Shown here one piece after another: positions 1-8,294 of a stretch of DNA of 64,000 nucleotides (position 1 is its first letter; each line of letters opens with the position of its first letter). The notes below the pieces were generated by a model that saw only the letters and a list, made by a program, of their open reading frames with translations, did not search any database and had not been told where the DNA came from. The translations under genes were made by a program, and so were the position numbers. Source of the DNA: a virus (taxonomy: Duplodnaviria; Caudoviricetes); IMG/VR virus record IMGVR_UViG_3300028581_000010, one strand, 5' to 3'.

Positions 1-151
1 TACGCACTTGGCCATCCTGCATTATGTGCAAAGGCACGAAGGATTCCAGATAGTCACATCTGCGGCATATGAGCTCTTTGCCGCGCTTAACTCTGTAGGC
101 TACCTGCCCACAGTCGCATAGACCTTCTTCGCGTATGGAGTGTTTAGGCAT
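1..151 (-). CDS. Partial Zn-ribbon hypothetical protein (runs off the window start)
   Basis: Manual translation MPKHSIREEGLCDCGQVAYRVKRGKELICRRCDYLE...; CxC...CxxC motif similar to the neighbour at 156-539. Confidence 0.6.
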   Translation of the reverse strand, partial: MPKHSIREEGLCDCGQVAYRVKRGKELICRRCDYLESFVPLHIMQDGQVR

Positions 152-155
152 AGAA

Positions 156-539
156 TTAATTCACGAGCGCACGCCCGCAGGTTCCTTGTACTTTAATCAC
201 TTCCACACCATTTGCGGTTATGGTTACGCTGCCGGAGCTGTATGGCATACAGTAGGCCTCGCAGATACCCTCCTCGCGCCAGCGCAGCTGTTTATCCGCC
301 GCGCGCTCCTCGGCTGTTTGTGCTACAGTACCGTGGAGCTTGTTCAGCTCGCGGCGTGCTGCCGCAGTGTTGAGCCTACCACTCAGAAGGCTGTTGGCAT
401 AGTAGCGGAGCTCCAGCTCCCGACAATGCGCGCAAACGCCGTGCGCATCTTTCTTATTAAACTTCACTGCAACCCGCCCACAGTCGCAGTACTTGACATA
501 CGGCTGGGGCGGTGTGCTCGTTGCTGTGCACATGGGCAT
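156..539 (-). CDS. Hypothetical Cys-rich (Zn-ribbon) protein
   Basis: 127-aa ORF with CDCG...CAHC motif; tiles with its neighbours. Confidence 0.65.
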   Translation of the reverse strand: MPMCTATSTPPQPYVKYCDCGRVAVKFNKKDAHGVCAHCRELELRYYANSLLSGRLNTAAARRELNKLHGTVAQTAEERAADKQLRWREEGICEAYCMPYSSGSVTITANGVEVIKVQGTCGRALVN

Positions 540-543
540 ATCA

Positions 544-876
544 TCAGGCGAACATGATTAGAGCCACAGCACCAACGCCAATGAGCGTAGCAAACCCATA
601 TAGGAGTATTCCCTCGTTGCTGTGCACGGGTTCATACAGTGTGTACTTCCGTGTAGTAGCCTTCGTTGCCGCGTCGTGCTGCTCCGAGTCGAGGTTCTTG
701 CGGAGCAAACGCTCGATGACGAGCCCTGTGCACCAGAGCGTGATCAGTACGACCACGACTCCGAGAAGGACCGAGAGTGTCGAAGCCTGCGACACGAGCC
801 AGGGCACGATAAGGCCCAGAATGATAACGAGTAGAATAGCTGACACAGCTGCCAGCATGAGTTTATTGATGATCAT
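544..876 (-). CDS. Small membrane protein
   Basis: 110 aa, three hydrophobic segments. Confidence 0.7.
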   Translation of the reverse strand: MIINKLMLAAVSAILLVIILGLIVPWLVSQASTLSVLLGVVVVLITLWCTGLVIERLLRKNLDSEQHDAATKATTRKYTLYEPVHSNEGILLYGFATLIGVGAVALIMFA

Positions 877-881
877 ATAGG

Positions 882-1514
882 TTATTTGATTTTGTCTTCG
901 TCTTCGGGATCAGGAGGCTGCGGAGGAGCCCCGGCATCCAGAATGTCCTGGAATACCTCATCCTCGTTCTTTCCTGCGAGTGGCATGCCTAGCACCGTTG
1001 CTGCGCCGCTGTTCAGTGCCTCGATGAGCTTTTCGCTGAGTGCAGCCGCACCGGAGCAGGCCTTTACGTTACCTGTGAGTGCATCGTATTGCGCGATGCC
1101 CACCTGTATGCGAATGTCCGTATGTGCGTCCGCACTGGTGATCTGCTTCATGCTGCCTGACCCGATCTGATTGGCAAGCTGTTCGAGCACATCGCGCTGT
1201 TCCTCGAACTCTCCCTGTGCGGCAAGCTCCATCAGCTCATCGCGGAAGGTATGCACGAGCGTATCGATCATCTCATGCACGTCCTCAGGGTCACCCTGAC
1301 AGCTACGGAAGTGTTTCACCAGTTCGCGGGCCTTTTCAGCCACAACCTCATCCGAGGCATACGCTTCCACGGATGTGATGAGAGACTCGAAGATCTCTTT
1401 GTGTGCATCCATGTGATCTCTCGAAGGCATGTTGCTTCTCCGGCACTCTTGCGCGGCGGCAAGAAACCGGTTAGTAGCATCTTCCATCTTTTTTAGAATG
1501 TCTGACAATTGCAT
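882..1514 (-). CDS. Hypothetical acidic helical protein
   Basis: 210-aa ORF tiling on the minus strand. Confidence 0.7.
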   Translation of the reverse strand: MQLSDILKKMEDATNRFLAAAQECRRSNMPSRDHMDAHKEIFESLITSVEAYASDEVVAEKARELVKHFRSCQGDPEDVHEMIDTLVHTFRDELMELAAQGEFEEQRDVLEQLANQIGSGSMKQITSADAHTDIRIQVGIAQYDALTGNVKACSGAAALSEKLIEALNSGAATVLGMPLAGKNEDEVFQDILDAGAPPQPPDPEDEDKIK

Positions 1515-1516
1515 GG

Positions 1517-1693
1517 TTAGTTCTTGGGTTGCGAGGCGTTGAACGCGTCGATTTCCTTGATGCGCACCTTGGCGACATTGCGCCAGCGTGCTTTGGTTTT
1601 CTTCGAGACCAATTCAAAGGTCTCACCTTGTGCGAAGAGAGCGTCGATCTCCTCGCGGCTATCTGCGTTACGGATTTTATCCACTAGTCCCAT
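1517..1693 (-). CDS. Hypothetical protein (58 aa)
   Basis: Manual translation MGLVDKIRNADSREEIDALFAQGETFELVSKKTKARWRNVAKVRIKEIDAFNASQPKN; fills the gap between genes. Confidence 0.6.
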   Translation of the reverse strand: MGLVDKIRNADSREEIDALFAQGETFELVSKKTKARWRNVAKVRIKEIDAFNASQPKN

Positions 1694-1932
1694 AATAGGA
1701 GTTTGTTTCGAAGTGTGTTGACTCTGTTGTTGTAGCGGACTTCGTCGCGAAGCCCTGTTTCGTTGGTTTGTAGGAAATCGAAGCCCTGCTTGGGGCTGCC
1801 GATCGTCCTGTCGTGAGGTACAAACGTGCTCAATAGCGCGGTATGATAGCCGAAGTCGATGACCTCAGGCCCTATATCACATGCACGTTTCTTCTTAACT
1901 TTTCTTGCGGGTTTGCGTTTTGTAATAGGCAT
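1684..1932 (-). CDS. Hypothetical basic protein
   Basis: 82-aa ORF directly downstream of the tRNA. Confidence 0.55.
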   Translation of the reverse strand: MPITKRKPARKVKKKRACDIGPEVIDFGYHTALLSTFVPHDRTIGSPKQGFDFLQTNETGLRDEVRYNNRVNTLRNKLLLWD

Positions 1933-1948
1933 CTGCGGGGAAAAGAAT

Positions 1949-2020
1949 TGGGGGCGGATGGATTCGAACCAACAACCAACCAGTTATGAGCCGGCTGCTC
2001 TACCGTTGAGCTACACCCCC
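1949..2020 (-). tRNA. tRNA with CAU anticodon (Ile2 or elongator Met)
   Basis: Cloverleaf: acceptor GGGGGTG/CGCCCCC-A, loop CT-CAT-AA, T-loop TTCGAAT; no encoded CCA. Confidence 0.9.
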
Positions 2021-2025
2021 AATGT

Positions 2026-3621
2026 TTAGTCTTTCCGTGGTTCAGGTAACCCGTCGTCCTCGACAGGTATCTCCTCCTGAAATTTGAAGTACGGACAGGC
2101 CTGTTCCTTCTGGGCCTTGATGAGGATTCCGACGTACTTCACGAAGATCCAGCAGTTCTTGATGATCTTATACAGCACGGTGCCAACAGGGCTGATGAGA
2201 TCGTAGCATGGATCTGTAACTTTGTGGCACATGGCCTCCCACTTGGCGGCAATGGCTTTTTTCTCCTTTGCCGCCTCGTTGAGTTGCTTGCGGCAGAGGT
2301 TTACCTCGCGCATGCATGCGACAATAAGCTTTTGACCTTCAACCGAGTCGCGGACCTCCACATCAACCGCGTAGCTGGGAGAGGTGTCACCAGGAACAAG
2401 ATCGTAGATCGTCAGCCATACGCTGGACTCTACGCCGTAACACATGGCGATTGCCGTCTTGGCTACGTTCGAGGAATACCTCTGGCGCACCATGCGCTGC
2501 TTACCTTGCAGCCGATGCGTAAGGTGTACAAGCTTCGCAGCAGGCACAGTAATAGCCTCACCATCAGCCGCCAGCTTTATGGCAGCAGGCTTGACAAGAG
2601 TACGCAACCATGGCAGCATCGCCTTTCTGTAGTAGCGCAACATAATAGCGTCCTCGGCAGTCGGGCGCCCCATTGTGCCGAAGAAATTACCCGGATATTC
2701 TTGGCAGTAATCCTCTGCAGATGAAGCGAGGATTGTGGTCAGGTAGTCAGCCCACTCATCTATGCTTGATGGCTTCGGTTTGGCTGCTTCGACGAACTTT
2801 CCAGCGTCGCCGAACAACATAAACCAAGTAGCTGCAAGTAGTACGAGCCACAATGCGGTGAGGACCAATACCAGTCCAAGATTAGCCATCACAATAGCGG
2901 GAATGGACAGTAGAAAGCCTACGAGCCCAGCCCATATCGCCACAGCCACTACAGCCACAATATGCCACAACCAAGCGGCAATGGAGCATACGAAGCCAAC
3001 AGTAGATGTAAACATTCCTGGTGCAAAGAAAACACCACTCACCACAGCCATGGCGATCCAGGCATAGATGTATATTTCAGAGTGACATCCTTTGTAGGCG
3101 TGGTCGTAGCGGCGTCTGTCACTAACATATGACTTATGTATGAGCACGCATATGCCTGTGATCAGCCCACTCAACAACATTACTATACTATACGTGACGC
3201 TCATCGGAAGAAGCCAGCATACTTTCAACATCTGTATAACACCACAGACGACAATGCTAGCCAGGACCAGTATACTCATCGCCACGATAAGCGCGAGTAT
3301 GGTTACAAAGCCAGGTATCTCGATCTGCGCCAGCGGACTGGCCGTGAACCACTTGGGTCCGTGCTTGCGTATGAGTCTGTCAGGCACGCCGAGCATCTTG
3401 CCGAACACGCGGCACAGCGGAATGATGGTCATGCGAATGACGAACACCGCGGGCATGAAGACGAGAATGGAGAACATCGCCATCCAGAAGTAGGGGCATA
3501 CCGTAAAACCTTGAGGCATGCTGTGGTTCCAGAGCTCATTCTGGAATAGATATTTGAATGCTTTATATATCGTTGAGGAGGGCCGAAACCACTCCTGTAC
3601 GATGTTGCGTGGAACTAACAT
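2026..3621 (-). CDS. Large multi-pass membrane protein with soluble C-terminal domain
   Basis: About 7 hydrophobic helices in the N-terminal half; start moved to MLVPRN (3621) to avoid a long overlap. Confidence 0.75.
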   Translation of the reverse strand: MLVPRNIVQEWFRPSSTIYKAFKYLFQNELWNHSMPQGFTVCPYFWMAMFSILVFMPAVFVIRMTIIPLCRVFGKMLGVPDRLIRKHGPKWFTASPLAQIEIPGFVTILALIVAMSILVLASIVVCGVIQMLKVCWLLPMSVTYSIVMLLSGLITGICVLIHKSYVSDRRRYDHAYKGCHSEIYIYAWIAMAVVSGVFFAPGMFTSTVGFVCSIAAWLWHIVAVVAVAIWAGLVGFLLSIPAIVMANLGLVLVLTALWLVLLAATWFMLFGDAGKFVEAAKPKPSSIDEWADYLTTILASSAEDYCQEYPGNFFGTMGRPTAEDAIMLRYYRKAMLPWLRTLVKPAAIKLAADGEAITVPAAKLVHLTHRLQGKQRMVRQRYSSNVAKTAIAMCYGVESSVWLTIYDLVPGDTSPSYAVDVEVRDSVEGQKLIVACMREVNLCRKQLNEAAKEKKAIAAKWEAMCHKVTDPCYDLISPVGTVLYKIIKNCWIFVKYVGILIKAQKEQACPYFKFQEEIPVEDDGLPEPRKD

Positions 3622-3929
3622 ATTGTTTTGTGTTTTGCCTCGAGCACCACGCCTTCTGCAGGTGTATAAGACCAGGTCATGGAATGAGGTAAGAAGTAGC
3701 GGTGGATTTCGTAGTGCTGCCACGACCCATTAGTCATAATGCGATCGAGCCAGGTGTTTGTTTGAAGGCGCGCCAATGATAGAATGAGCTGTTGGTCAGC
3801 GGCATTCCTGGCAGCGAACTGTCTAAGTCTGTGGTTGATGAGTAGTCTCTTGCAGCCCTCTACGAGCCATAAGAAAAGACCCACGCATAGCCACAGTACG
3901 ATGGCCCAGAGGGCGAGTTGTGTCAACAT
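3615..3929 (-). CDS. Hypothetical protein with N-terminal TM helix
   Basis: 104-aa ORF. Confidence 0.6.
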   Translation of the reverse strand: MLTQLALWAIVLWLCVGLFLWLVEGCKRLLINHRLRQFAARNAADQQLILSLARLQTNTWLDRIMTNGSWQHYEIHRYFLPHSMTWSYTPAEGVVLEAKHKTIC

Positions 3930-4456
3930 ATCTTGGATATAGGCTTTACTTGATTTATACTGGCTGCGAGGTCGGGATGATAGATCACCCAGGCCTTGTT
4001 AATGGGAAACTGCAGCGCCGTAATATAGGCGGCAGATAGTGCTTCGTCGTTGTGATAGAGCACGTTGTTGTAGTACAACAACCACGAGTTATCCTTGGAC
4101 GTTAGCCGTGCATTTATGAGCACGAGATGATGCTGGGTGATTGTGTCTCTGGCCTTGAGTAGCCTTTCCTTCACCTTATCAGTGAGGCAGAGTATATGAA
4201 AGCCAGCTTTCTTCAATTCGCGAATCATGAACGACTCGCTCATGCCTCGCTTGAAATTGTTTCTCCAGCTTATGTCAGATGGAGGACGACCTGTCAGCTT
4301 CGACAGTATTGCTTCCCCGCAGCTACCCGTATCCATCGGGGTGTGTGACGCTAGCCACAACCCCGAGTGAGGGTAACCTTTGGGAAGTATGCGCTTTCTT
4401 CCATAGTAGCCGAGCAGGACAGAGTCCTGCACCGTTCCCTCACTCGAGGTTCTCAT
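3923..4456 (-). CDS. Hypothetical protein, possibly papain/C39-like fold
   Basis: SCGEAILSKLTG resembles a C39-type catalytic Cys helix; catalytic His not clearly placed. Confidence 0.45.
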   Translation of the reverse strand: MRTSSEGTVQDSVLLGYYGRKRILPKGYPHSGLWLASHTPMDTGSCGEAILSKLTGRPPSDISWRNNFKRGMSESFMIRELKKAGFHILCLTDKVKERLLKARDTITQHHLVLINARLTSKDNSWLLYYNNVLYHNDEALSAAYITALQFPINKAWVIYHPDLAASINQVKPISKIC

Positions 4457-4457
4457 G

Positions 4458-4631
4458 CTAGCGCAGGAGGTCGGCGATGGAGAGGCGCGAGGTGGGCGCC
4501 GTCTTGGCTGCCGGATTCTCGGCTTTCTTCGCCGGAGCTGCCTTTGCGGGCGCTGCCTTCTTGGCGGCTGGTTTCTTCACGGGCTTCTTGACAGCCTTGG
4601 GAGCTGCCTTCTTAGCGGTTGCTTTTGGCAT
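4458..4631 (-). CDS. Histone H1-like Lys/Ala/Pro-rich small DNA-binding protein
   Basis: Manual translation MPKATAKKAAPKAVKKPVKKPAAKKAAPAKAAPAKKAENPAAKTAPTSRLSIADLLR. Confidence 0.75.
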   Translation of the reverse strand: MPKATAKKAAPKAVKKPVKKPAAKKAAPAKAAPAKKAENPAAKTAPTSRLSIADLLR

Positions 4632-4690
4632 TGTGTTTTTGTGTTGTGTTTATCTCATGCCTTGCTGTTGGATAAAATATCCCAAGGCAT

Positions 4691-4717
4691 AAAAAAGGCT
4701 GTTATTGCTAACAGCCT
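4691..4717 (-). terminator. Intrinsic terminator
   Basis: AGGCTGTTA-GCAA-TAACAGCCT followed by a T-run on the minus strand. Confidence 0.75.
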
Positions 4718-4721
4718 CTTC

Positions 4722-4736
4722 CAAGTTATTATACCA
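4722..4736 (-). promoter_or_regulatory. Extended -10 promoter motif TGGTATAATAnnTTG
   Basis: Same motif recurs at 23565, 23676 and 43529. Confidence 0.55.
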
Positions 4737-4750
4737 ATAATTGATTGATA

Positions 4751-6262
4751 TTATGCGTAGAAATTAATCACTTCCTTGACGCCCTTGTCACCTATTACCA
4801 GACACGATTGACGCGCCATACAATTCAGTCCAGCCGCCTCGGCATGACCATCTCCAGACAATAATGTAGGAAACATGTAGTGCTCGAACTCAGCATACTC
4901 CTTCATCTCGTAGTGATGCTGATCTGCTGTGAGAAGTACCTTGGATGCCACACCAATCAGCTCCTCCGGATGAGACAGAAACAGATTACCTGCATAGCTC
5001 TCTCTCGCTTTACCGCTAGCTGGAAGTCTGCCCTTGTATTCAGCAGAGTATCCGTGAGATATAACGAACAGTGTGCTGTTAACCTTGAACAGACCGTGGT
5101 CACTCTCAAAGACGTCGAACGCAATATTCTTATCACCACGATAGTATGCTGCCAGCGCCTTGAAGAGAACGTAATCACCGAAGTCATTATGGTTACCCTT
5201 TACCGCTTTGACGCGCACCTTGGGAAACAGCTCGAGCAGAGTATCGATGAACTCCACGATAGCGTCGAACGCCTTGTTGAATTGCTCCTCCTTGATGCAT
5301 GCTGTGGTAAGAGGTGTTCCCTTTGTAGTGAACCCTCTACCAGACGAGTGGAGTATATCTCCCAACGAGGCAAGAATGCACTCGTCGAAGTTATGCACGC
5401 GCTCTTCTACCAGGTTATGAATCTCTTCGCCATATGCGCGCATTGCATTGACAAGGCTGTCAGTTGTCGTGCCCTTGCCTCTGAACGATAGCTTGGAGTT
5501 AGCGAAGGCTCCGATGTGTATATCGGATAGGCCGACCAGCAGTGAGCGACCAGTCTTCTTCGTGTGCTTAACAGCAGCACGATTAACTACTCTGCGTTTA
5601 GGTGGCTGCCATGTTTGAAGAAAGGATTGAAACGGGTTGAACACACCGTCCATCATATTGAACCATTTCTCTGCAGCCTTCTCTGTGTCTACCCAGCTGC
5701 GCTTCTGCACCTTCTGGTATAGCTGGAACTTCTTCTTCTCCAGAATGTCTTCTGCGAGTTCGTCTATGTCTCTCTCGATGAGCTCTTCTTTGCTGACGGG
5801 CTCGGAGTCATGCGTAATACCAAGAGCATCGCGAATCTCGTTGAAGTAGTTGCGAGGAATCTTGTAGTTGCGGCAGATGTCATTGACCGAGGCTGTGTCA
5901 CCATACCAGTCGGAGTAGTTCTCGATGATGCCACGAATGATGTGGCCTGGAATAACTACGTTGCCATTGGCTACCTTGAGATAGATGATGTACTTGTCAT
6001 CAGCCTTGTTGTAGACATACTTCTCTGTGAACTTAAGAGCAGCCTTCCACTCCATGTCGTTCTCTACCGCGGCTACAATCGGTGCTTCATCAGGAGCACC
6101 CAAGAACTCTTCTAACTCCTTGTCGCTGTTAATCTTATCTAGAGCACGTCCGACCTTGTCTGCCTTGGCCTTTGTATAACCCTTTGATACCAAATAACTT
6201 ACTACACCCTTCTTCTGCTGTCTTAGTTTCTTACACTTAACGTATATGTTTTCTTTGTCCAT
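4751..6262 (-). CDS. Calcineurin-like metallophosphoesterase with long N-terminal extension
   Basis: Motifs SDIHIG, GDILH, GNHND, ISHG, DQHH. Confidence 0.85.
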   Translation of the reverse strand: MDKENIYVKCKKLRQQKKGVVSYLVSKGYTKAKADKVGRALDKINSDKELEEFLGAPDEAPIVAAVENDMEWKAALKFTEKYVYNKADDKYIIYLKVANGNVVIPGHIIRGIIENYSDWYGDTASVNDICRNYKIPRNYFNEIRDALGITHDSEPVSKEELIERDIDELAEDILEKKKFQLYQKVQKRSWVDTEKAAEKWFNMMDGVFNPFQSFLQTWQPPKRRVVNRAAVKHTKKTGRSLLVGLSDIHIGAFANSKLSFRGKGTTTDSLVNAMRAYGEEIHNLVEERVHNFDECILASLGDILHSSGRGFTTKGTPLTTACIKEEQFNKAFDAIVEFIDTLLELFPKVRVKAVKGNHNDFGDYVLFKALAAYYRGDKNIAFDVFESDHGLFKVNSTLFVISHGYSAEYKGRLPASGKARESYAGNLFLSHPEELIGVASKVLLTADQHHYEMKEYAEFEHYMFPTLLSGDGHAEAAGLNCMARQSCLVIGDKGVKEVINFYA

Positions 6263-6299
6263 TTTTAAAAATCACAGACAAGTCGACCTCTGCTTATTT

Positions 6300-6662
6300 T
6301 TAGTAAATGGTTGGTATTGTGCTGGTTGCCCCACGTTTTATTACGCGTTTATTTCTGACTGCGTACCTTCCGCGTGACGTTTCCGGCACAACATGAACAA
6401 CCAAATTCTTTCGTCTTAGGTCTTTCCTGTTGTAATTTTCAAACCGTACCACACACGCAGAATCTGTCAAGCCCAATATCTCTCTTTGCAGGAAATGCAC
6501 GCGCCCATTTTCGTAGAAACCTGGATAGCCGCGGGACACCTCGTAAATTTTCTTCGACTTAAAGCGTTCAAAATCTTCAGGATCCACAAGCACCGATACG
6601 CGCCGCTTGTGCTTGCGCCCATCTGTGTACTTGTTCATAAATAATTTTGACGGAGCTGACAT
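6300..6662 (-). CDS. Degenerate HNH endonuclease-like protein
   Basis: LQREILG...VVRFENYNRKDLRRKNL aligns by eye to the LHR.ILG...VDHINGNxLDNRRxNL pattern, but the catalytic His is absent. Confidence 0.55.
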   Translation of the reverse strand: MSAPSKLFMNKYTDGRKHKRRVSVLVDPEDFERFKSKKIYEVSRGYPGFYENGRVHFLQREILGLTDSACVVRFENYNRKDLRRKNLVVHVVPETSRGRYAVRNKRVIKRGATSTIPTIY

Positions 6663-6663
6663 T

Positions 6664-7476
6664 TTAATAGATGAAATCCAGAATTAGAGTCAATTTGTTC
6701 TCCGGCAATCCCTGGTCGTTCACATCAACGTAGTCGATTGGCCAAGGCGCCTGCCCGAGCGCAGAATGTTTCCAGTAAATGCCGTCGACAGTGATCAGTA
6801 TATCAGAGCTGTCCAGAGAAATACCATTGCTGTCGATATATGCGTATGGGAGCTTGTCCGCATTCGGAGGCCACAGTGCGGCCAGTGTAGCATCCTGTGC
6901 AATATTGTATTTGAACTTGCAGCCTTGTGGGTCGGTGTTGATGCAGTTGAGCCAACCAGGTAGGCTCGTATTCTGCGCACCCACATAATGGTTGCTGGGA
7001 ATTGTAACAATGTCATTAGTACCACACGGGCGCGCAAACAATGGCAACCTATAATGCGCCGTGATGACAGATAACGTCTCTCTGACTGCTGTATCACCTG
7101 TTATGGTGTATATACCATCAACGGACAAGTCCTCCATGACGCTCACATCCAAGGCTAGCTTGTTAAGCTCATAGACTATTGAATTGAAGATAGCCTCTAG
7201 CACCTCTGGCGTACGGGCCACTAGCTCTACAAGGCTGTCTCTGAAGTATGATGTACCTGACGCAGGTGACTTCTCATTAAAATCCTGCAGTTGCGTAGGT
7301 GTACAGACCGCGGCAAACACGTCTATGAACTTACCTTTAGCAAAATCATGGATTCTTTGCTTGACAAAAACACTCTTTGATATAGATTGAGTCGATATGA
7401 CTTCCAGAACTAGCTTATACGAGCTTAAATCAGGAATCCATTTTGTGGATTTACGGAGAAGTTGTATACTTGGCAT
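6664..7476 (-). CDS. Hypothetical protein (possibly virion-associated)
   Basis: Long ORF; start set at MPSIQLL. Confidence 0.65.
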   Translation of the reverse strand: MPSIQLLRKSTKWIPDLSSYKLVLEVISTQSISKSVFVKQRIHDFAKGKFIDVFAAVCTPTQLQDFNEKSPASGTSYFRDSLVELVARTPEVLEAIFNSIVYELNKLALDVSVMEDLSVDGIYTITGDTAVRETLSVITAHYRLPLFARPCGTNDIVTIPSNHYVGAQNTSLPGWLNCINTDPQGCKFKYNIAQDATLAALWPPNADKLPYAYIDSNGISLDSSDILITVDGIYWKHSALGQAPWPIDYVDVNDQGLPENKLTLILDFIY

Positions 7477-7521
7477 AACTAAGTTGATTATACTACAACA
7501 GACAGAGCAAACAAACAAAAT

Positions 7522-8127
7522 ATGGAATACCCAGTAATGAGAGGTGACCTAGTCGTGGGCGGAAAGAGTCCCGACGAGGCAGTATTTAGCGAGAGTGGTA
7601 GAAAGATAGCCGACGTAACGGGAGCTGTTGCAGGTACACCACAAGAATTAGCGAGCATTCAGCAGAGGCTCACGAGAATTTCCGCAACTGCGGGAGGCAA
7701 GGCGTTAGAAATAACACCACAGACAAAAGTAACACGTGCAAAAACACAAAAAACAGTGAAGAGACAAGCAAAAGCAGCAATAGTTAGCCCGTTCCACGAA
7801 GACATCGAGGCAGAAAACGAGCAAATAGCTAAATCCTCGCAGCAATATAGAGAGGTTGCCCCCCAAACACCACAAAAACTGACTGTACAGCTGGAAAATG
7901 ACTTCGGCAAGATGAAATTACGTGTCGTTGCGGTGTTAGAACAAGAGCTAGCCTTTGCTCTTGTGTTCGAAAATGAAGAAGATATGGTTTTTGAGCCAAA
8001 AGTTGGAGAATATTTGACATTTTACGACGAAAATAGACAAAAACACACCGTTTATTACCCCGGAGTGACCTTTGATTGGACAAATTCGCAAGAAAAGGTT
8101 ATGATATTGTTTCGGGTCAACGAATAA
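7522..8127 (+). CDS. Hypothetical protein
   Basis: 201-aa ORF, first gene of the plus-strand block. Confidence 0.7.
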   Translation: MEYPVMRGDLVVGGKSPDEAVFSESGRKIADVTGAVAGTPQELASIQQRLTRISATAGGKALEITPQTKVTRAKTQKTVKRQAKAAIVSPFHEDIEAENEQIAKSSQQYREVAPQTPQKLTVQLENDFGKMKLRVVAVLEQELAFALVFENEEDMVFEPKVGEYLTFYDENRQKHTVYYPGVTFDWTNSQEKVMILFRVNE

Positions 8128-8131
8128 CACT

Positions 8132-8290
8132 ATGGAAAAGAACGCGATGCTTACATCTGAGTCACAAAGCGACTTCGACAACACAAAAAAGGCAGAATAC
8201 TACGACGAAGAGGGCTTCATGGTAGCGGACGAGGCTAACAAGGACAAACTTGCCAAGCCTGTACCTGTAACTAAGCTCTCGGAGGAATAA
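8132..8290 (+). CDS. Hypothetical acidic peptide (52 aa)
   Basis: Manual translation MEKNAMLTSESQSDFDNTKKAEYYDEEGFMVADEANKDKLAKPVPVTKLSEE. Confidence 0.55.
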   Translation: MEKNAMLTSESQSDFDNTKKAEYYDEEGFMVADEANKDKLAKPVPVTKLSEE

Positions 8291-8294
8291 TAAT

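Noticed and set aside
1949-2020. Definite assignment of the CAU tRNA as initiator Met
   Set aside because: It has a paired 1:72 and lacks the three consecutive G:C pairs in the anticodon stem; Ile2 versus elongator Met cannot be settled by eye.
3923-4456. Active C39 peptidase
   Set aside because: The Cys motif is present but the expected catalytic His is not identifiable; kept as hypothetical.
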